A DNA stretch of 64,000 bases from Myxococcales bacterium (lineage in GTDB: Bacteria > Myxococcota_A > Polyangia > Polyangiales > DASUME01): positions 5,056,001 through 5,120,000 of the forward strand of contig JASGJH010000001.1 of NCBI GenBank assembly GCA_047601445.1, in the 5' to 3' direction. Both the position numbers and the translations under genes were made by a program. A model generated the notes under the pieces. That model did not search any database, was not told the origin of the DNA, and saw nothing but the letters and a program-made list of their open reading frames with translations. Of this stretch, positions 37,301 to 47,615 are shown in pieces. Positions within the stretch are counted from its first letter, which is position 1. The number at the start of each line of letters is the position of its first letter.

Positions 37301-38677
37301 TCAGAGCAGCATCGATGCGGGCGACTCGAGCAAGCCTCGAAGAACCTTGAGCCATTCTGCACCGACCGCGCCGTCCACCACGCGATGGTCACAGCTCATG
37401 GTGAGCTTCATGCGCTTGCCCGCAACCACGGACCCCTGCTTGAGCACCGGTTCGTCGCGCACGGCGCCGACGGCGAGAATCGCGCCCTCCGGCGGGTTGA
37501 TCACCGCGCTGAACTCGTCGATGCCGTACATCCCGAGGTTGGAGATGGAGAACGTGCCGTTCTGCATCTCCTCGGGCTTGAGCTTCTTGTCCTTGGCCCG
37601 CGCAGCGAGCTCGCGCACCGTTTGCGAGATGGCGAGCACACCGAGACGGTCGGCGCCGCGCACCACCGGCGTGAGCAAGCCGTCTGGCACCGCCACCGCG
37701 ACCGAGATGTCGACGCGATCGTGGTAGACGATGGAGTCCCCCAGGAAGCTCGCGTTGGCGCGCGGGAACAGGCGCAAGGCCACAGCCGAGGCCTTGATGA
37801 CGAGGTCGTTGAGGGAGATCTTCTCGCCGCTCGCCGCCAGGCGCTCGTTGAGCTCGCCGCGCACGCGAACCAGGGGCTCGGCGTCGACGTCGATGGTGAG
37901 ATAGAAATGCGGAACGGTCTGCTTCGACTCGGTGAGGCGACGCGCGATGGTCTTGCGCATCTGCGAGAGCTTCTCGGTGCGACCCGCGAGCTGCACGGGC
38001 GCGGCCGCCGGGGCCTGCGGAGCCTTGGGCACCGCGGGTGGCGGAGGCAAGCGTTGCGCCCCGGTGGGCGGGGGCGCGCTCGGTCCGCGCAGCGGGGTGC
38101 CTGGCAATCCGACTCGTCCCTCCCCCGAGGCTGCTGCAGGGAAGCCCTCCACGTCGCGCTTGATCACGCGCCCGTTGGGGCCCGTGCCGCGCACCTGGTG
38201 GAGATCGATCTCTCGCTCACGCGCGATCTTGCGGACCACGGGCGAGGCGAGCACGCGACCTGTACTGGCTGGCTCTGGTTCGGCGCCGGCTTCGCTCGCT
38301 GCGGGTGCCGCTGCCTGGCTCGCAGCGGGCGCCTGAGCTGGGCTCGCTTGCGCATCGGACGCGGGGGCCTTGCTGGGCGCCGCTGGCGGAGCGGAAGCGG
38401 CACCGCCGGCCTTCGCGAGCAACGCCTGGATGTCGTCTCCCTGCTTGCCAAAGATGGCCACTGGCTGGTCTGGCTGCAGCGTGGCTCCCTCGGGCGCGAG
38501 CTGCTTGAGCAGGACGCCCTTGTCGAAAGAGCGAAACTCCATGGTGGCCTTGTCGGTCTCGACCTCTGCGATCAAGTCGTCGACCTCGACCGGCTCCCCT
38601 TCCTGCTTCACCCAGCGCACCAGGGTGCCTTCCTCCATGGTGGGCGACAACTTGGGTAGTCCGATGATCTTCGCCAT
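37301..38677 (-). CDS. pdhC: pyruvate dehydrogenase E2, dihydrolipoamide acetyltransferase
   Basis: Single lipoyl domain ETDKATME, E3-binding ASPVVRK...GTGPNGR, catalytic DHRVVDG. Confidence 0.95.
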   Translation of the reverse strand: MAKIIGLPKLSPTMEEGTLVRWVKQEGEPVEVDDLIAEVETDKATMEFRSFDKGVLLKQLAPEGATLQPDQPVAIFGKQGDDIQALLAKAGGAASAPPAAPSKAPASDAQASPAQAPAASQAAAPAASEAGAEPEPASTGRVLASPVVRKIAREREIDLHQVRGTGPNGRVIKRDVEGFPAAASGEGRVGLPGTPLRGPSAPPPTGAQRLPPPPAVPKAPQAPAAAPVQLAGRTEKLSQMRKTIARRLTESKQTVPHFYLTIDVDAEPLVRVRGELNERLAASGEKISLNDLVIKASAVALRLFPRANASFLGDSIVYHDRVDISVAVAVPDGLLTPVVRGADRLGVLAISQTVRELAARAKDKKLKPEEMQNGTFSISNLGMYGIDEFSAVINPPEGAILAVGAVRDEPVLKQGSVVAGKRMKLTMSCDHRVVDGAVGAEWLKVLRGLLESPASMLL

Positions 38678-38688
38678 GGTGAAAACCT

Positions 38689-39675
38689 TTACTTCACGTA
38701 GAGAACTTGTTTGACGGCCTTCACGACATGTTCTGCGCGCACCAGCACCTGCTCCTCGAGCGGCAGAGCGTAGGGCATCGGTACGTCGCGCCCGGAGATG
38801 CGCAACACGGGAGCATCGAGAGAGTCGAAGGCCTCGCGCTGCACGAAGTCCACGATTTCGGCGCCCGGGCCGCCATAGGGCCAGTGCTCGTGCACCACCA
38901 CGCAGCGGTTGGTCTTCTGCACGCTCTGGACCACGGTGGCGTGATCGAGCGGACGCAGCGTGCGCGGATCGATGACTTCACACTGGATGCCTTCGCCGGC
39001 CAGCTGCTCCGCCGCTTTCATGGCCTCGTGATAGGCCCGGCCCCAACTCACCACGGTGACGTGTTCGCCCTCGCGCGCAATGCGCGCCTTGCCGAACGGG
39101 ATGAGCTCTTCTTCGCCCTCGTCAGGGACCTCGCCCTTGATGCCGTAGAGCGTCTCGCCTTCGAGGAACACCACGGGGTTGTCTTCGCGGATGGCCGTCT
39201 TGAGCAGGCCCTTGGCGTCGCGCGGAATGGACGGAGCGCACACCCAGAGCCCAGGCACCTGCGCGTAGAAGGTCTCCATGGCGTGGCTGTGCTGGGCGGC
39301 CACCTGGCGCGCGGCACCGTTGGGTCCGCGGAACACGATGGGCACCTTCAGCTTGCCACCGGACATTTGGTACATCTTGGCGGCGTTGTTGAGGATCTGA
39401 TCGAAGGCCACCGCAGAGAAGTTCCAGGTCATGAACTCGATGATGGGTCGCAGGCCCACCATGGCCGCGCCCACGCCGATGCCCGCGAAGCCCGCCTCGG
39501 CGATGGGCGTGTCGATCACGCGCTTCTCGCCGAACAACTCCAGCATGCCTTCGGAGACCTTGTAGGCGCCCTGATAGTGGCCCACCTCTTCGCCCATCAA
39601 GAAAATGCGCGGGTCCCGCTTCATCTCCTCGATCATCGCCTCACGGACCGCGTCGCGATAACGGATGGTGCGCAT
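38689..39675 (-). CDS. pdhB: pyruvate dehydrogenase E1 beta subunit
   Basis: MGEEVG, DTPIAE, EFMTWNF, AQHS, RTLRPLD. Confidence 0.95.
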   Translation of the reverse strand: MRTIRYRDAVREAMIEEMKRDPRIFLMGEEVGHYQGAYKVSEGMLELFGEKRVIDTPIAEAGFAGIGVGAAMVGLRPIIEFMTWNFSAVAFDQILNNAAKMYQMSGGKLKVPIVFRGPNGAARQVAAQHSHAMETFYAQVPGLWVCAPSIPRDAKGLLKTAIREDNPVVFLEGETLYGIKGEVPDEGEEELIPFGKARIAREGEHVTVVSWGRAYHEAMKAAEQLAGEGIQCEVIDPRTLRPLDHATVVQSVQKTNRCVVVHEHWPYGGPGAEIVDFVQREAFDSLDAPVLRISGRDVPMPYALPLEEQVLVRAEHVVKAVKQVLYVK

Positions 39676-39676
39676 C

Positions 39677-40702
39677 TCAGCCCCCCACCTGGTTGCCGTG
39701 GATGCGGCGCGGAGCCTCGGGGTCGCTCAGCACGAAGTCGGGGCTCTTGGCGTAGACCAGCTCGTGCATGGTCTGCTCCGTGGGCGCTGGGCTCTCGTCG
39801 GCGAACTGCACGGCGTCGCGGATCTCTTCCTCCACCGAGTTATCGATGGCCTCCACCTCGGCTGCGGGTACGCCCTCGTCGAGCAGGGTCTTGCGGGCCA
39901 CGCGCACACAGTCCTTTTGCTTGCGAAGCTCCACCTCCTCGGGGGTGCGGTACTTCCCGGGGTCGCTCATGGAGTGGCCACGATAGCGATAGGTGAGGAT
40001 CTCGATCAGGGCCGGTCCCTTGCCCGAACGCGCGTGATCGACGGCCTTCTTGAGCTTGTCGCGCACCTCGAACACATCGGCGGACTGGAAGCGATCGGAA
40101 TACATGCCGTAGCCCGAGGCCTTCAGCGTGATGTCGCGGACGGGCAAGGTGCGCTCGAGCGGGGTGCCCATGGAGTACTCGTTGTTCTCCACGATGAACA
40201 CCGCGGGCAGCTTCCAGAGCGCGGCCAGGGAAAGTGCCTCGTGAAAGCCGCCGATGTTGGTGGCGCCCTCTCCCATGTAGCCGAGACACACCTGGGACTC
40301 TCCCTGGTACTTGATCTTGAAAGCTACGCCCGCCGCCAGCGCCAAGTGACCGCCCACGATGCCGTGACCGCCGAGGAAATTGTGCTCGACGTCGAACATG
40401 TGCATGGAACCGCCCAGGCCGCGCGAACAGCCGGTGTCTTTTCCGAACAGCTCCGCCATGGCCGCGCGCGAGGTCATGCCGCGCGCCAGGGCGTGGCCGT
40501 GATCGCGGTAGGTGGTGATCACGTAGTCTTCGGGGGTCAGGGCATCGGCCGCGCCGACTGCGATGGATTCCTGACCAATGTACAAATGTAAGAAGCCGCC
40601 GATCTTGCCCTGCGCATAGGCACGCGCGGATTCCTCTTCGAAGCGGCGAATCAACCACATCTGCCGGTAGTACCGCTTCAGCTCCTCGAGATTCGTGGCC
40701 AT
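39677..40702 (-). CDS. pdhA: pyruvate dehydrogenase E1 alpha subunit
   Basis: IGGFLHLYIGQE, YRDH, GGSMH, GEGA...ENN TPP motif, YRYRGHSMSDP. Confidence 0.95.
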   Translation of the reverse strand: MATNLEELKRYYRQMWLIRRFEEESARAYAQGKIGGFLHLYIGQESIAVGAADALTPEDYVITTYRDHGHALARGMTSRAAMAELFGKDTGCSRGLGGSMHMFDVEHNFLGGHGIVGGHLALAAGVAFKIKYQGESQVCLGYMGEGATNIGGFHEALSLAALWKLPAVFIVENNEYSMGTPLERTLPVRDITLKASGYGMYSDRFQSADVFEVRDKLKKAVDHARSGKGPALIEILTYRYRGHSMSDPGKYRTPEEVELRKQKDCVRVARKTLLDEGVPAAEVEAIDNSVEEEIRDAVQFADESPAPTEQTMHELVYAKSPDFVLSDPEAPRRIHGNQVGG

Positions 40703-40789
40703 CCCTCGAGTATTGCAGAGCTCTTCCGGCAGGTGAGAGCTTAGATCGCAGAATCCTGATGTTTTTTGCGGGTCACTCGTTCACCGAGA

Positions 40790-42061
40790 TCAGTGTGCGC
40801 GGACGCTGCGTACCAACGCGTCCACGGGCACCGTGAGCTGGAGCGCCAGAGTGGAGAACTTGTTCACGAGCGGGTTGCGCAACCAAAAGTCGCTGGTCGC
40901 GAGGCCTCCTGCACAGCCGCCCAGGGCCGACTGTCCGCCGTAGGCCTGATCGTAACAGACCGAAGTCGTCCCCTGTAAAGTGGCGATCAACCACGTGGCC
41001 GGCTGATAGCTGAGGGCCAGCAAGAAGTCGCCGCGTCGACGGATGCGGTTGTCGGGCAGGGCACCCGCCTCATCGACGGTCGTTGGACCGCTGGTGATGT
41101 CGATGGTCGGGGTCTCATCGTGGAAGGCCTTCACCAGGTTCCAGCCGTAGATGTAGTTGAGCTGAAGATTGAGCGTGGTGGTCATGTTGAGCGAGAAGCC
41201 GCTGATCACTCGGAAGGCGTCCTGCACCACGCGATACTGGCCAGCGGTGCAGTCCACCACGGAGTCGCGCGGCAAGCCCGCGCAGCGGGTGGGGTCGCCC
41301 TCACGGATTTCGCGGGTGAGGTTCTGGGACCAGGTGTGCACGTAGGAGCCGCCCAAGCTGAGGGCCAAACCGGCGAGCACATCGAAACTGCGCACCACAC
41401 TGAGCGTGGCACCCGTGCCGGCGATCACGTCGGCCGCCCAGCTCATCTCGGAGGTCGGGACCACCAGGCGAGGACCGCCCGTGAAGGTGAAGCCGCCGAG
41501 GCTACCGAGGTTGCCGATGGCCGTGAGGCGCGTGTCGGAGGACCACAGTTTGTGGCGCTGGGATGCGTCGTCCGGGGGGGTCACCTCGTAGGCTAGGGTC
41601 ACGTCGGCATTGATGGCCCAGCGCTCGTTGATGGAGAGACGCGGGCCCAGATAGAGGCTCAAGGCGTAGTAGCCGTTGTGATAGGGCAGGGTCCGGTACA
41701 GGGGTGCCACGGCCTGGCTGAAGCTCACGATGGTACCGGCCCAACTGGGCCCATCGTCACCGCCGCAGCCCTCGGCCTGCGCGACGGAGGTCTGCCCCTG
41801 TGCCAGCAGCTGATCGCAACGCTCCTGTTTGGCCTTCGCCTCGGCTTTCTTTTCTTGGTCGGTCTGTCCTTCTTGGGCCTTTTCGGAGCTGCTCGCGGAA
41901 GCGCTGCTCTGCGGACCCTGATCGGCCCGCGCTGAAATTGGCGCCGAAACGGCCACCCCGAGACCCCAAACGAGACAGAGCGTCCCCAACCAACTCGCGC
42001 TTCGGACCAACGTGAATTCTCCTGCCCCACCTGCGTGCCACAGCTGCAGGGCTCGCCACAA
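40790..42061 (-). CDS. hypothetical secreted / outer-membrane beta-barrel-like protein
   Basis: Signal peptide ending ARA-D, followed by alternating amphipathic beta strands. Start uncertain. Confidence 0.6.
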   Translation of the reverse strand: MWRALQLWHAGGAGEFTLVRSASWLGTLCLVWGLGVAVSAPISARADQGPQSSASASSSEKAQEGQTDQEKKAEAKAKQERCDQLLAQGQTSVAQAEGCGGDDGPSWAGTIVSFSQAVAPLYRTLPYHNGYYALSLYLGPRLSINERWAINADVTLAYEVTPPDDASQRHKLWSSDTRLTAIGNLGSLGGFTFTGGPRLVVPTSEMSWAADVIAGTGATLSVVRSFDVLAGLALSLGGSYVHTWSQNLTREIREGDPTRCAGLPRDSVVDCTAGQYRVVQDAFRVISGFSLNMTTTLNLQLNYIYGWNLVKAFHDETPTIDITSGPTTVDEAGALPDNRIRRRGDFLLALSYQPATWLIATLQGTTSVCYDQAYGGQSALGGCAGGLATSDFWLRNPLVNKFSTLALQLTVPVDALVRSVRAH

Positions 42062-42087
42062 GGGGGGGTATAGCCGATTCGTTTTTC

Positions 42088-42173
42088 ACGGGAGGGCACG
42101 CGCCCTCCCCGCCCAGCGCGGCAAAGCGGCGCTGGGCGGCCACCCCGCAGCGAGGTTCGCTCCGCTCACGGTG
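42088..42173 (+). repeat. REP-like element, copy C
   Basis: ACGGGAGGGCACGCGCCCTCCCCGCCCAGCGCGGCAAAGCGGCGCTGGGCGGCCACCCCGCAGCGAGGTTCGCTCCGCTCACGGTG in a divergent intergenic region. Confidence 0.88.
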
Positions 42174-42286
42174 CACTCGCGTCTCCTGGGAAGCACACCG
42201 GTCCAGCGCCTGGCCCGATTTAGAAATGGATTCCTCGGCCTCCAGATTGAACCAACCCGCCCGAGAGCGTACCGTGGGCGCCGACG

Positions 42287-43624
42287 ATGGCGCTTTTTCG
42301 GGTGTTGATGAACGTGGTGCGCGGCCTCTGGGTCGGCCTCGTGGTGTTCGGCTTCGCTTGCTACTACGGCCTAGCCAAGCTGCGGCTGTCGCTGATCCGC
42401 GACGCCACGCGTCACCGCGCCGCCCTGGCCACCCTGCAGGGGTCGTTGCTGCGTCGGGCCATGGGCATGCTGGGCGCGTGCTTCGTGAAGCTGGGCCAGG
42501 TGATGAGCTCACGCCCCGATCTGTTCGAGCCGAACATGATCGCCGAGCTGCGCTTGCTGCAGGACAAGCTGCCGCCGTTCGCCTTCGGCGAGGTGCGCAG
42601 CGCCGTGGAGAAGCAACTCGGCAAGGGCATCCAGGAGGTGTTCTCCGAGTTCGACGAAGCACCCGTGGCTGCGGCCAGCGTGGCCCAGGTGCACCGCGCG
42701 CGCCTCAAGGACGGCAGTGAGGTGGCGGTCAAGGTGCTGCGACCCAACGTGCGGTCCCAGGTGGAACGCGACGGCACGCTGCTCACGCTGGGCGCCAAGG
42801 CGATGGCGCTGCACCCGGTGATCCGACTGTCCGACCCGGTGGGTTTCACCGAAGAGTTCGTGCGTGGCCTGGTGCGCCAGACCGACCTGGCCATCGAGGC
42901 ACAGAACTACGACCAGTTCCGGCAGAACTTTGCGGCCGACGCGCGCATCGCCTTCCCCAAGATCTACGGCGAGCTCTCGGGCGAGCGCGTGTTGGTGATG
43001 GAGTTCGTGCGCGGCACCAAGCTCGACGCCCTCCCCGCCGGCGGCGACCACCGCGCGGTGTCGGCCGCGCTGCGCGAGGCCACCATGAAGATGTGCTTCG
43101 TGGATGGCTTCATGCACGCCGACATGCACCCGGGAAACATGGTGCAGCGCGCAGACGGAGTGCTCGTGCTGTTCGACGTGGGCCTCGCTACCAAGCTGCG
43201 CCCCGAGGTGCTCGAGATGTTCGTCGACCTGGTGAAGTGCATCGCCATGGGCAGCCCCGACGACATGATCACGCACCTCAAGACCTACCATAAGTACGTG
43301 GGCAACGTGGACTGGGACGCCATGCGCAAGGACCTCGAGGCCTTTGGAAAGACGTTCCGAAAGCAGGACGTGGCGCAGCTGGACTACGGCGAGATGACGG
43401 GCGCCATCCTCGCCATCGGCCGTCGCTACCACGTGCACCCGATCCCGGAGCTGTCGCTCGTGATCGTGGGCACCGTTACCGTGCAGGGCATCGGCAAGAT
43501 GCTCGCGCCAGAGATCAACGACTTCCAGGAGATGTCGAAGTTCTTGATCCCGGTCCTGATGAAGATGGGACAGAAGGTGCCCGACACGGCCGAGGCCAAG
43601 CGCGCGCAGCGCTCCTTGGGCTGA
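42287..43624 (+). CDS. AarF/ABC1/UbiB-family atypical kinase
   Basis: VKLGQVMSSRPD, LQDKLPP, AAASVAQVH, VAVKVLRP, HADMHPGN, LFDVG. Confidence 0.93.
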   Translation: MALFRVLMNVVRGLWVGLVVFGFACYYGLAKLRLSLIRDATRHRAALATLQGSLLRRAMGMLGACFVKLGQVMSSRPDLFEPNMIAELRLLQDKLPPFAFGEVRSAVEKQLGKGIQEVFSEFDEAPVAAASVAQVHRARLKDGSEVAVKVLRPNVRSQVERDGTLLTLGAKAMALHPVIRLSDPVGFTEEFVRGLVRQTDLAIEAQNYDQFRQNFAADARIAFPKIYGELSGERVLVMEFVRGTKLDALPAGGDHRAVSAALREATMKMCFVDGFMHADMHPGNMVQRADGVLVLFDVGLATKLRPEVLEMFVDLVKCIAMGSPDDMITHLKTYHKYVGNVDWDAMRKDLEAFGKTFRKQDVAQLDYGEMTGAILAIGRRYHVHPIPELSLVIVGTVTVQGIGKMLAPEINDFQEMSKFLIPVLMKMGQKVPDTAEAKRAQRSLG

Positions 43625-43625
43625 G

Positions 43626-43651
43626 GCGGGGAGGTCGCGTGACCTCCACGT
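43626..43651 (-). repeat. isolated first hairpin of the REP-like element
   Basis: GCGGGGAGGTCGCGTGACCTCCACGT directly after the stop at 43624. Confidence 0.75.
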
Positions 43652-43678
43652 GAACAAACCCATCAAGCAAGCCACTGC

Positions 43679-43760
43679 GTGAGCGAAGCGAACCTCGCGG
43701 TGGGGTGGGTCCCGGCGCGGCTTGGCCGCGACGGGCGGGGAGGTCGCGTGACCTCCCCGT
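43679..43760 (-). repeat. REP-like element, copy D
   Basis: GTGAGCGAAGCGAACCTCGCGGTGGGGTGGGTCCCGGCGCGGCTTGGCCGCGACGGGCGGGGAGGTCGCGTGACCTCCCCGT. Confidence 0.9.
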
Positions 43761-43855
43761 TTTACCAACGCACCTTTTTCGCCGGCCTGGGGTCATGGGC
43801 AGGGTGTAAGGTCAGGGGGTTCTGTGCGTCTTCCTTGCAGAGGAGACCCAGCCCC

Positions 43856-46366
43856 ATGACTGACGCTTCTGCTTCCGGTGCCTCCAACTCCGCCAACGCT
43901 CACGCGATCGATCCGATCTGCGGCATGCGCGTGGACAAGGAGCGCCCGCGCGGGGGCAGCTTCGAATACCAGGGCAAGCAGTACTTCTTCTGCTCGGTGT
44001 CGTGTAGGGCCAAGTTCAGCGGCGATCCCGAGGCCTACCTGAGCCGGCGCTCGTCCACGCCAGGGCCATCTTCCAATGCCCATGCCGGCGATGGGCATTC
44101 CCACGTGGCCCCGCTCGGCTCAATCCGCGACTCCCGCTCGAGCGCCTCGCGAGACTCGGCGCCAGGCCCGAGCACACCCGCTGCCCGCTCGAGCTTCGCG
44201 CCCGCGAGCGTGCGCTACTTCTGCCCCATGCACCCGGAGGTGGTGCGCCCGGGACCCGACCACTGCCCGGAGTGCGGCATGGCACTCGAGCCCATGGACG
44301 GCGCGCCGCCAGAGGAGAACGCCGAGCTTCGCAGCATGGAGCGGCGGCTGTGGCCGTGCGTGCTCTTGAGCTTGCCGGTGCTCGTCTTATCGATGGGGCC
44401 CATGGTGCCAGGCCTGTCGGGCCTCGGTTGGCCTTCAGCGATCACCTCGGGCTGGATTCAGGCAGCGCTCGCGACGCCGGTCGTGCTGTGGGGCGCGGCA
44501 CCCTTTTTCGTGCGCGCCTGGCAAGCGCTGCTGCACAAGCGCAGCAACATGTTCACGCTGATCGGCCTGGGCACCGCGGCGGCCTTTGCCTTCAGCTGGC
44601 TGGTGCTGTTGTTCCCGGAGACCTTCGGTCATCTGGCCGGCGCCCATGACGTTTTGCTCGCGGGCGGACCCGCCCGCTTCGACCACGAGCTCCCGCTGTA
44701 CTTCGAGGCAGCGGCCGTGATCACCAGCTTGGTGATCGTGGGCCAGGTCCTCGAGCTGCGAGCCCGCGAGCAGACCTCCGATGCCATCCGTAGCTTGCTC
44801 GAGTTGGCGCCCCCCGTGGCGCACCGCATCGTCGAGGCGCAGAACCAGCCGGAGCACGAAGAAGAGGTGTCACTCGCCGCGGTGCAGGTGGGCGACAAGC
44901 TGCGTGTGCGGCCGGGCGAGCGAGTCCCGGTGGATGGCGTGGTGCTCGAGGGCAAGAGCTCGGTGGACGAGTCGATGGTCACCGGCGAAGCCATTCCGCT
45001 CGAGAAATCCAGGGGCGAGAAGCTGGTGGGCGGCACGCTCAACGGCACCGGTAGCCTGGTGATGCGGGCCGAGCATGTGGGAGAGGACACGCTGCTCGGG
45101 CAAATCGTGCGCTTGGTGGTGCAGGCGCGTCAGAGTCGTGCGCCCGTACAGCAGTTGGCCGACCGCGCGAGCGCGTGGCTGGTGCCGAGCGTGATGGGCG
45201 TGGCCGTGTTGACCGCGCTCGGCTGGATGGTGTGGGGACCCGAGCCCAACCTCGTGCACGCGCTGGCCAGCGCCGTCTCGGTGCTGATCATCGCGTGCCC
45301 GTGCGCGCTGGGCCTCGCCACACCGATGTCTCTGATGGTGGGGCTCGGTCGGGGCGCTCAGGTGGGCGTGCTGATCAAGAGCGCGGAGGCCCTCGAGGGC
45401 CTGGCCAAGGTCGACACACTGGTGGTGGACAAGACGGGCACGCTCACCGAAGGCAAGCCGCGCGTGGTGAGTGTGCTGCCTGCCGCGGAGTCGAACGAGG
45501 ACGAGATGCTGGCGTTGGCCGCGGGCCTCGAGAAAGCCAGCGAACATCCGCTCGCGCACGCCATCCTGGTGCGGGCGCAGGCTCGACGGGTAACGCCACC
45601 CAAGGTGCACGAATTCCAGGCGCTGGTGGGGCGCGGCGTGGTGGGACACGTAGCCGGTCGCCCGATCGCGCTGGGCACCTCGGAGCTGATGACCGAGATT
45701 GGCATCCGCGACCATGACTGGGACGAGCGCGCCGAGCCGCTGCGCGGCCAGGGCCAAACGGTGTTGTTCTTGGCGGCCGACGGGAAGGTGCTCGGGCTGT
45801 TCGGCATCACCGACCCCATCAAGCACAGCACCCGCGAGGCGATCGGCCTGTTGCGTGATGCGGGCCTGCAAATTGTGATGGCCACCGGCGACCATGCGCG
45901 TAACGCCCAGCGGGTAGCCGACGACTTGGGCATCGAGATCGTGGCTGCCCAGTTGCTGCCGGAGGCCAAGCTGGCCCTCGTCAACGAGCTGAAGCAAAAG
46001 GGCCACGTGGTTGCCATGGCTGGCGACGGGGTGAACGATGCACCCGCATTGGCCGCCGCGGACGTGAGTCTGGCGATGGGCAAGGGCAGCGATGTGGCGC
46101 TTGCGAACGCACACATTACGCTGGTGAAGGGAGACCTGCGCGGGATCGCCAAGGCGCGCCTCCTGGCCCTCGCGACCATGGCAAATATCCGCCAAAACCT
46201 GCTGTTTGCCTTTGCGTACAACCTGCTCGGTGTGCCCCTCGCGGCGGGTGTTTTGTACCCTGTGTTCGGCGTGCTCCTGAGTCCGATGATCGCGAGCGCC
46301 GCGATGAGCCTGAGCTCGGTATCGGTGGTGGCCAACGCCCTGCGTCTACGGAAGCTCGAGCTGTAG
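43856..46366 (+). CDS. copA: Cu(I)/Ag(I)-translocating P1B-type ATPase with YHS and CPMHP metal-binding domains
   Basis: DPICGM...FCS (YHS), CPMHP...CPECGM, TGE, CPC, DKTGT, SEHPL, GDGVND, YN and MSLSS motifs. Confidence 0.92.
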   Translation: MTDASASGASNSANAHAIDPICGMRVDKERPRGGSFEYQGKQYFFCSVSCRAKFSGDPEAYLSRRSSTPGPSSNAHAGDGHSHVAPLGSIRDSRSSASRDSAPGPSTPAARSSFAPASVRYFCPMHPEVVRPGPDHCPECGMALEPMDGAPPEENAELRSMERRLWPCVLLSLPVLVLSMGPMVPGLSGLGWPSAITSGWIQAALATPVVLWGAAPFFVRAWQALLHKRSNMFTLIGLGTAAAFAFSWLVLLFPETFGHLAGAHDVLLAGGPARFDHELPLYFEAAAVITSLVIVGQVLELRAREQTSDAIRSLLELAPPVAHRIVEAQNQPEHEEEVSLAAVQVGDKLRVRPGERVPVDGVVLEGKSSVDESMVTGEAIPLEKSRGEKLVGGTLNGTGSLVMRAEHVGEDTLLGQIVRLVVQARQSRAPVQQLADRASAWLVPSVMGVAVLTALGWMVWGPEPNLVHALASAVSVLIIACPCALGLATPMSLMVGLGRGAQVGVLIKSAEALEGLAKVDTLVVDKTGTLTEGKPRVVSVLPAAESNEDEMLALAAGLEKASEHPLAHAILVRAQARRVTPPKVHEFQALVGRGVVGHVAGRPIALGTSELMTEIGIRDHDWDERAEPLRGQGQTVLFLAADGKVLGLFGITDPIKHSTREAIGLLRDAGLQIVMATGDHARNAQRVADDLGIEIVAAQLLPEAKLALVNELKQKGHVVAMAGDGVNDAPALAAADVSLAMGKGSDVALANAHITLVKGDLRGIAKARLLALATMANIRQNLLFAFAYNLLGVPLAAGVLYPVFGVLLSPMIASAAMSLSSVSVVANALRLRKLEL

Positions 46367-46536
46367 CCAGGGCTGTCGTCAGGAAAAGCACGCCCGCCCT
46401 TTTGGCTGGTCAGATCGAGTGCTAGGACCTGGCCCGATAGTTCGCTGGCGGAGACGCCGGCACACCTTCGTCAGGGCGCGCGAGCTCGCGCGCACGGCCA
46501 GCGCCTTCGAGGCGCTCAGAGTAGAGGTCCTTCACG

Positions 46537-47571
46537 ATGTTCCGATCTACTTTTCCTCTGTCCATCGTCCTGATTGGTTCCCTCCTGCCCGGCTGCAACG
46601 TGGGTCGCATCGCGGCCAACTCCTCCACCAAGGTGGCGGAAGCGGGCTCCGAAGGCATCAACGGCTTCTGGGACTACGAGATCTTCGGCCAAGCCGTGCC
46701 GGGCGCCATTCTGCAGAGCGAGGCGCTGGTGCGCTCGAGCCCGAACAACGAGGACCTCCTGCTCGGCCTCGCCAAGAGCTACGTCTCCTACGCCTACGGA
46801 TGGGTGCAGGACGACTGGGAACAGGCCGACGACAAGGGCGACTTCGAGAAGGCCGACCGACTCGAGCAGCGCGTGATGCTGCTGTACAAGCGCGCGGCTC
46901 AGCTGGGCCTGCGTGCGACCCACGCACGCGACGGGGGCGGCCAGCTACGCGAGAAGCTCAAGGCGCGCGACCTGCCGGCGCTCAAGACCTACCTGAGCCA
47001 GAACTTCACCAACAAGGAAGACGCCGCCGCGCTCTACTGGGCAGGCCTGGCCTGGGGTTCGCAAATGGCGAACTCGGGCGGCTCGGTGGCCGACCTGGCC
47101 GATGCTCCGGTGGCGCGCACGCTGCTCGAGCGCAGCGTGGAGCTCGACCCCGGTTACGCTGACGCGGGGGCTCTGGGTGTGCTCGGTACGGTGGAGGCTT
47201 CCTTCCCCGAGCTATTCGGCGGCAACCTCGAGAAGGCCAAGGGCTACTACGAGCGCGCACTCGAGGTGTGCAATCGTCGCAATCACTTGATCCTGCTGAG
47301 CTACGCCAAGACCTACGCGGTGGCCAAGCAAGACCGTGCGCTGTTCGTCGAGCTGCTCATGGAGATCTTGAACGCCCCAGATCAGGGCTCGGACATCCGC
47401 ATGGTCAACAAGGTCGCGCGCCATCGTGCCGAGCGGTACATCAAGAAGGTCGACGACTGGTTCGACCCGGCGCTGCCCCCCGAGCCGGCCGAGGAGGCGC
47501 CCGAAGAGGCGCCGCAGCCCGAGGGCAAGGGCCCGGAGAACTTGCCCCAGGCCACCGCCCAGGGGCACTAA
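46537..47571 (+). CDS. TRAP-associated TPR (TatT/TAtT-like) lipoprotein
   Basis: LPGC lipobox, E-x-L-x3-PNN, YAYG, LYWAGLAWG, FGGNLEKAK, YA-x4-QDRALF. Confidence 0.72.
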   Translation: MFRSTFPLSIVLIGSLLPGCNVGRIAANSSTKVAEAGSEGINGFWDYEIFGQAVPGAILQSEALVRSSPNNEDLLLGLAKSYVSYAYGWVQDDWEQADDKGDFEKADRLEQRVMLLYKRAAQLGLRATHARDGGGQLREKLKARDLPALKTYLSQNFTNKEDAAALYWAGLAWGSQMANSGGSVADLADAPVARTLLERSVELDPGYADAGALGVLGTVEASFPELFGGNLEKAKGYYERALEVCNRRNHLILLSYAKTYAVAKQDRALFVELLMEILNAPDQGSDIRMVNKVARHRAERYIKKVDDWFDPALPPEPAEEAPEEAPQPEGKGPENLPQATAQGH

Positions 47572-47615
47572 CCAACGAAATTCGTGGTCGACCAGCGTGG
47601 GATCTACGACTCGGC

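Noticed and set aside
37301..40702. Missing E3 (lpdA) in the pdh operon
   Set aside because: lpdA is commonly encoded elsewhere and shared between complexes; not unusual.
43679..43855. N-terminal extension [15 protein letters not shown]... of CopA, and similar peptides in ORFs at 14343 and 18063
   Set aside because: These are translations of the REP-like repeat. The real CopA start is more likely the ATG at 43856, after AGGAG.
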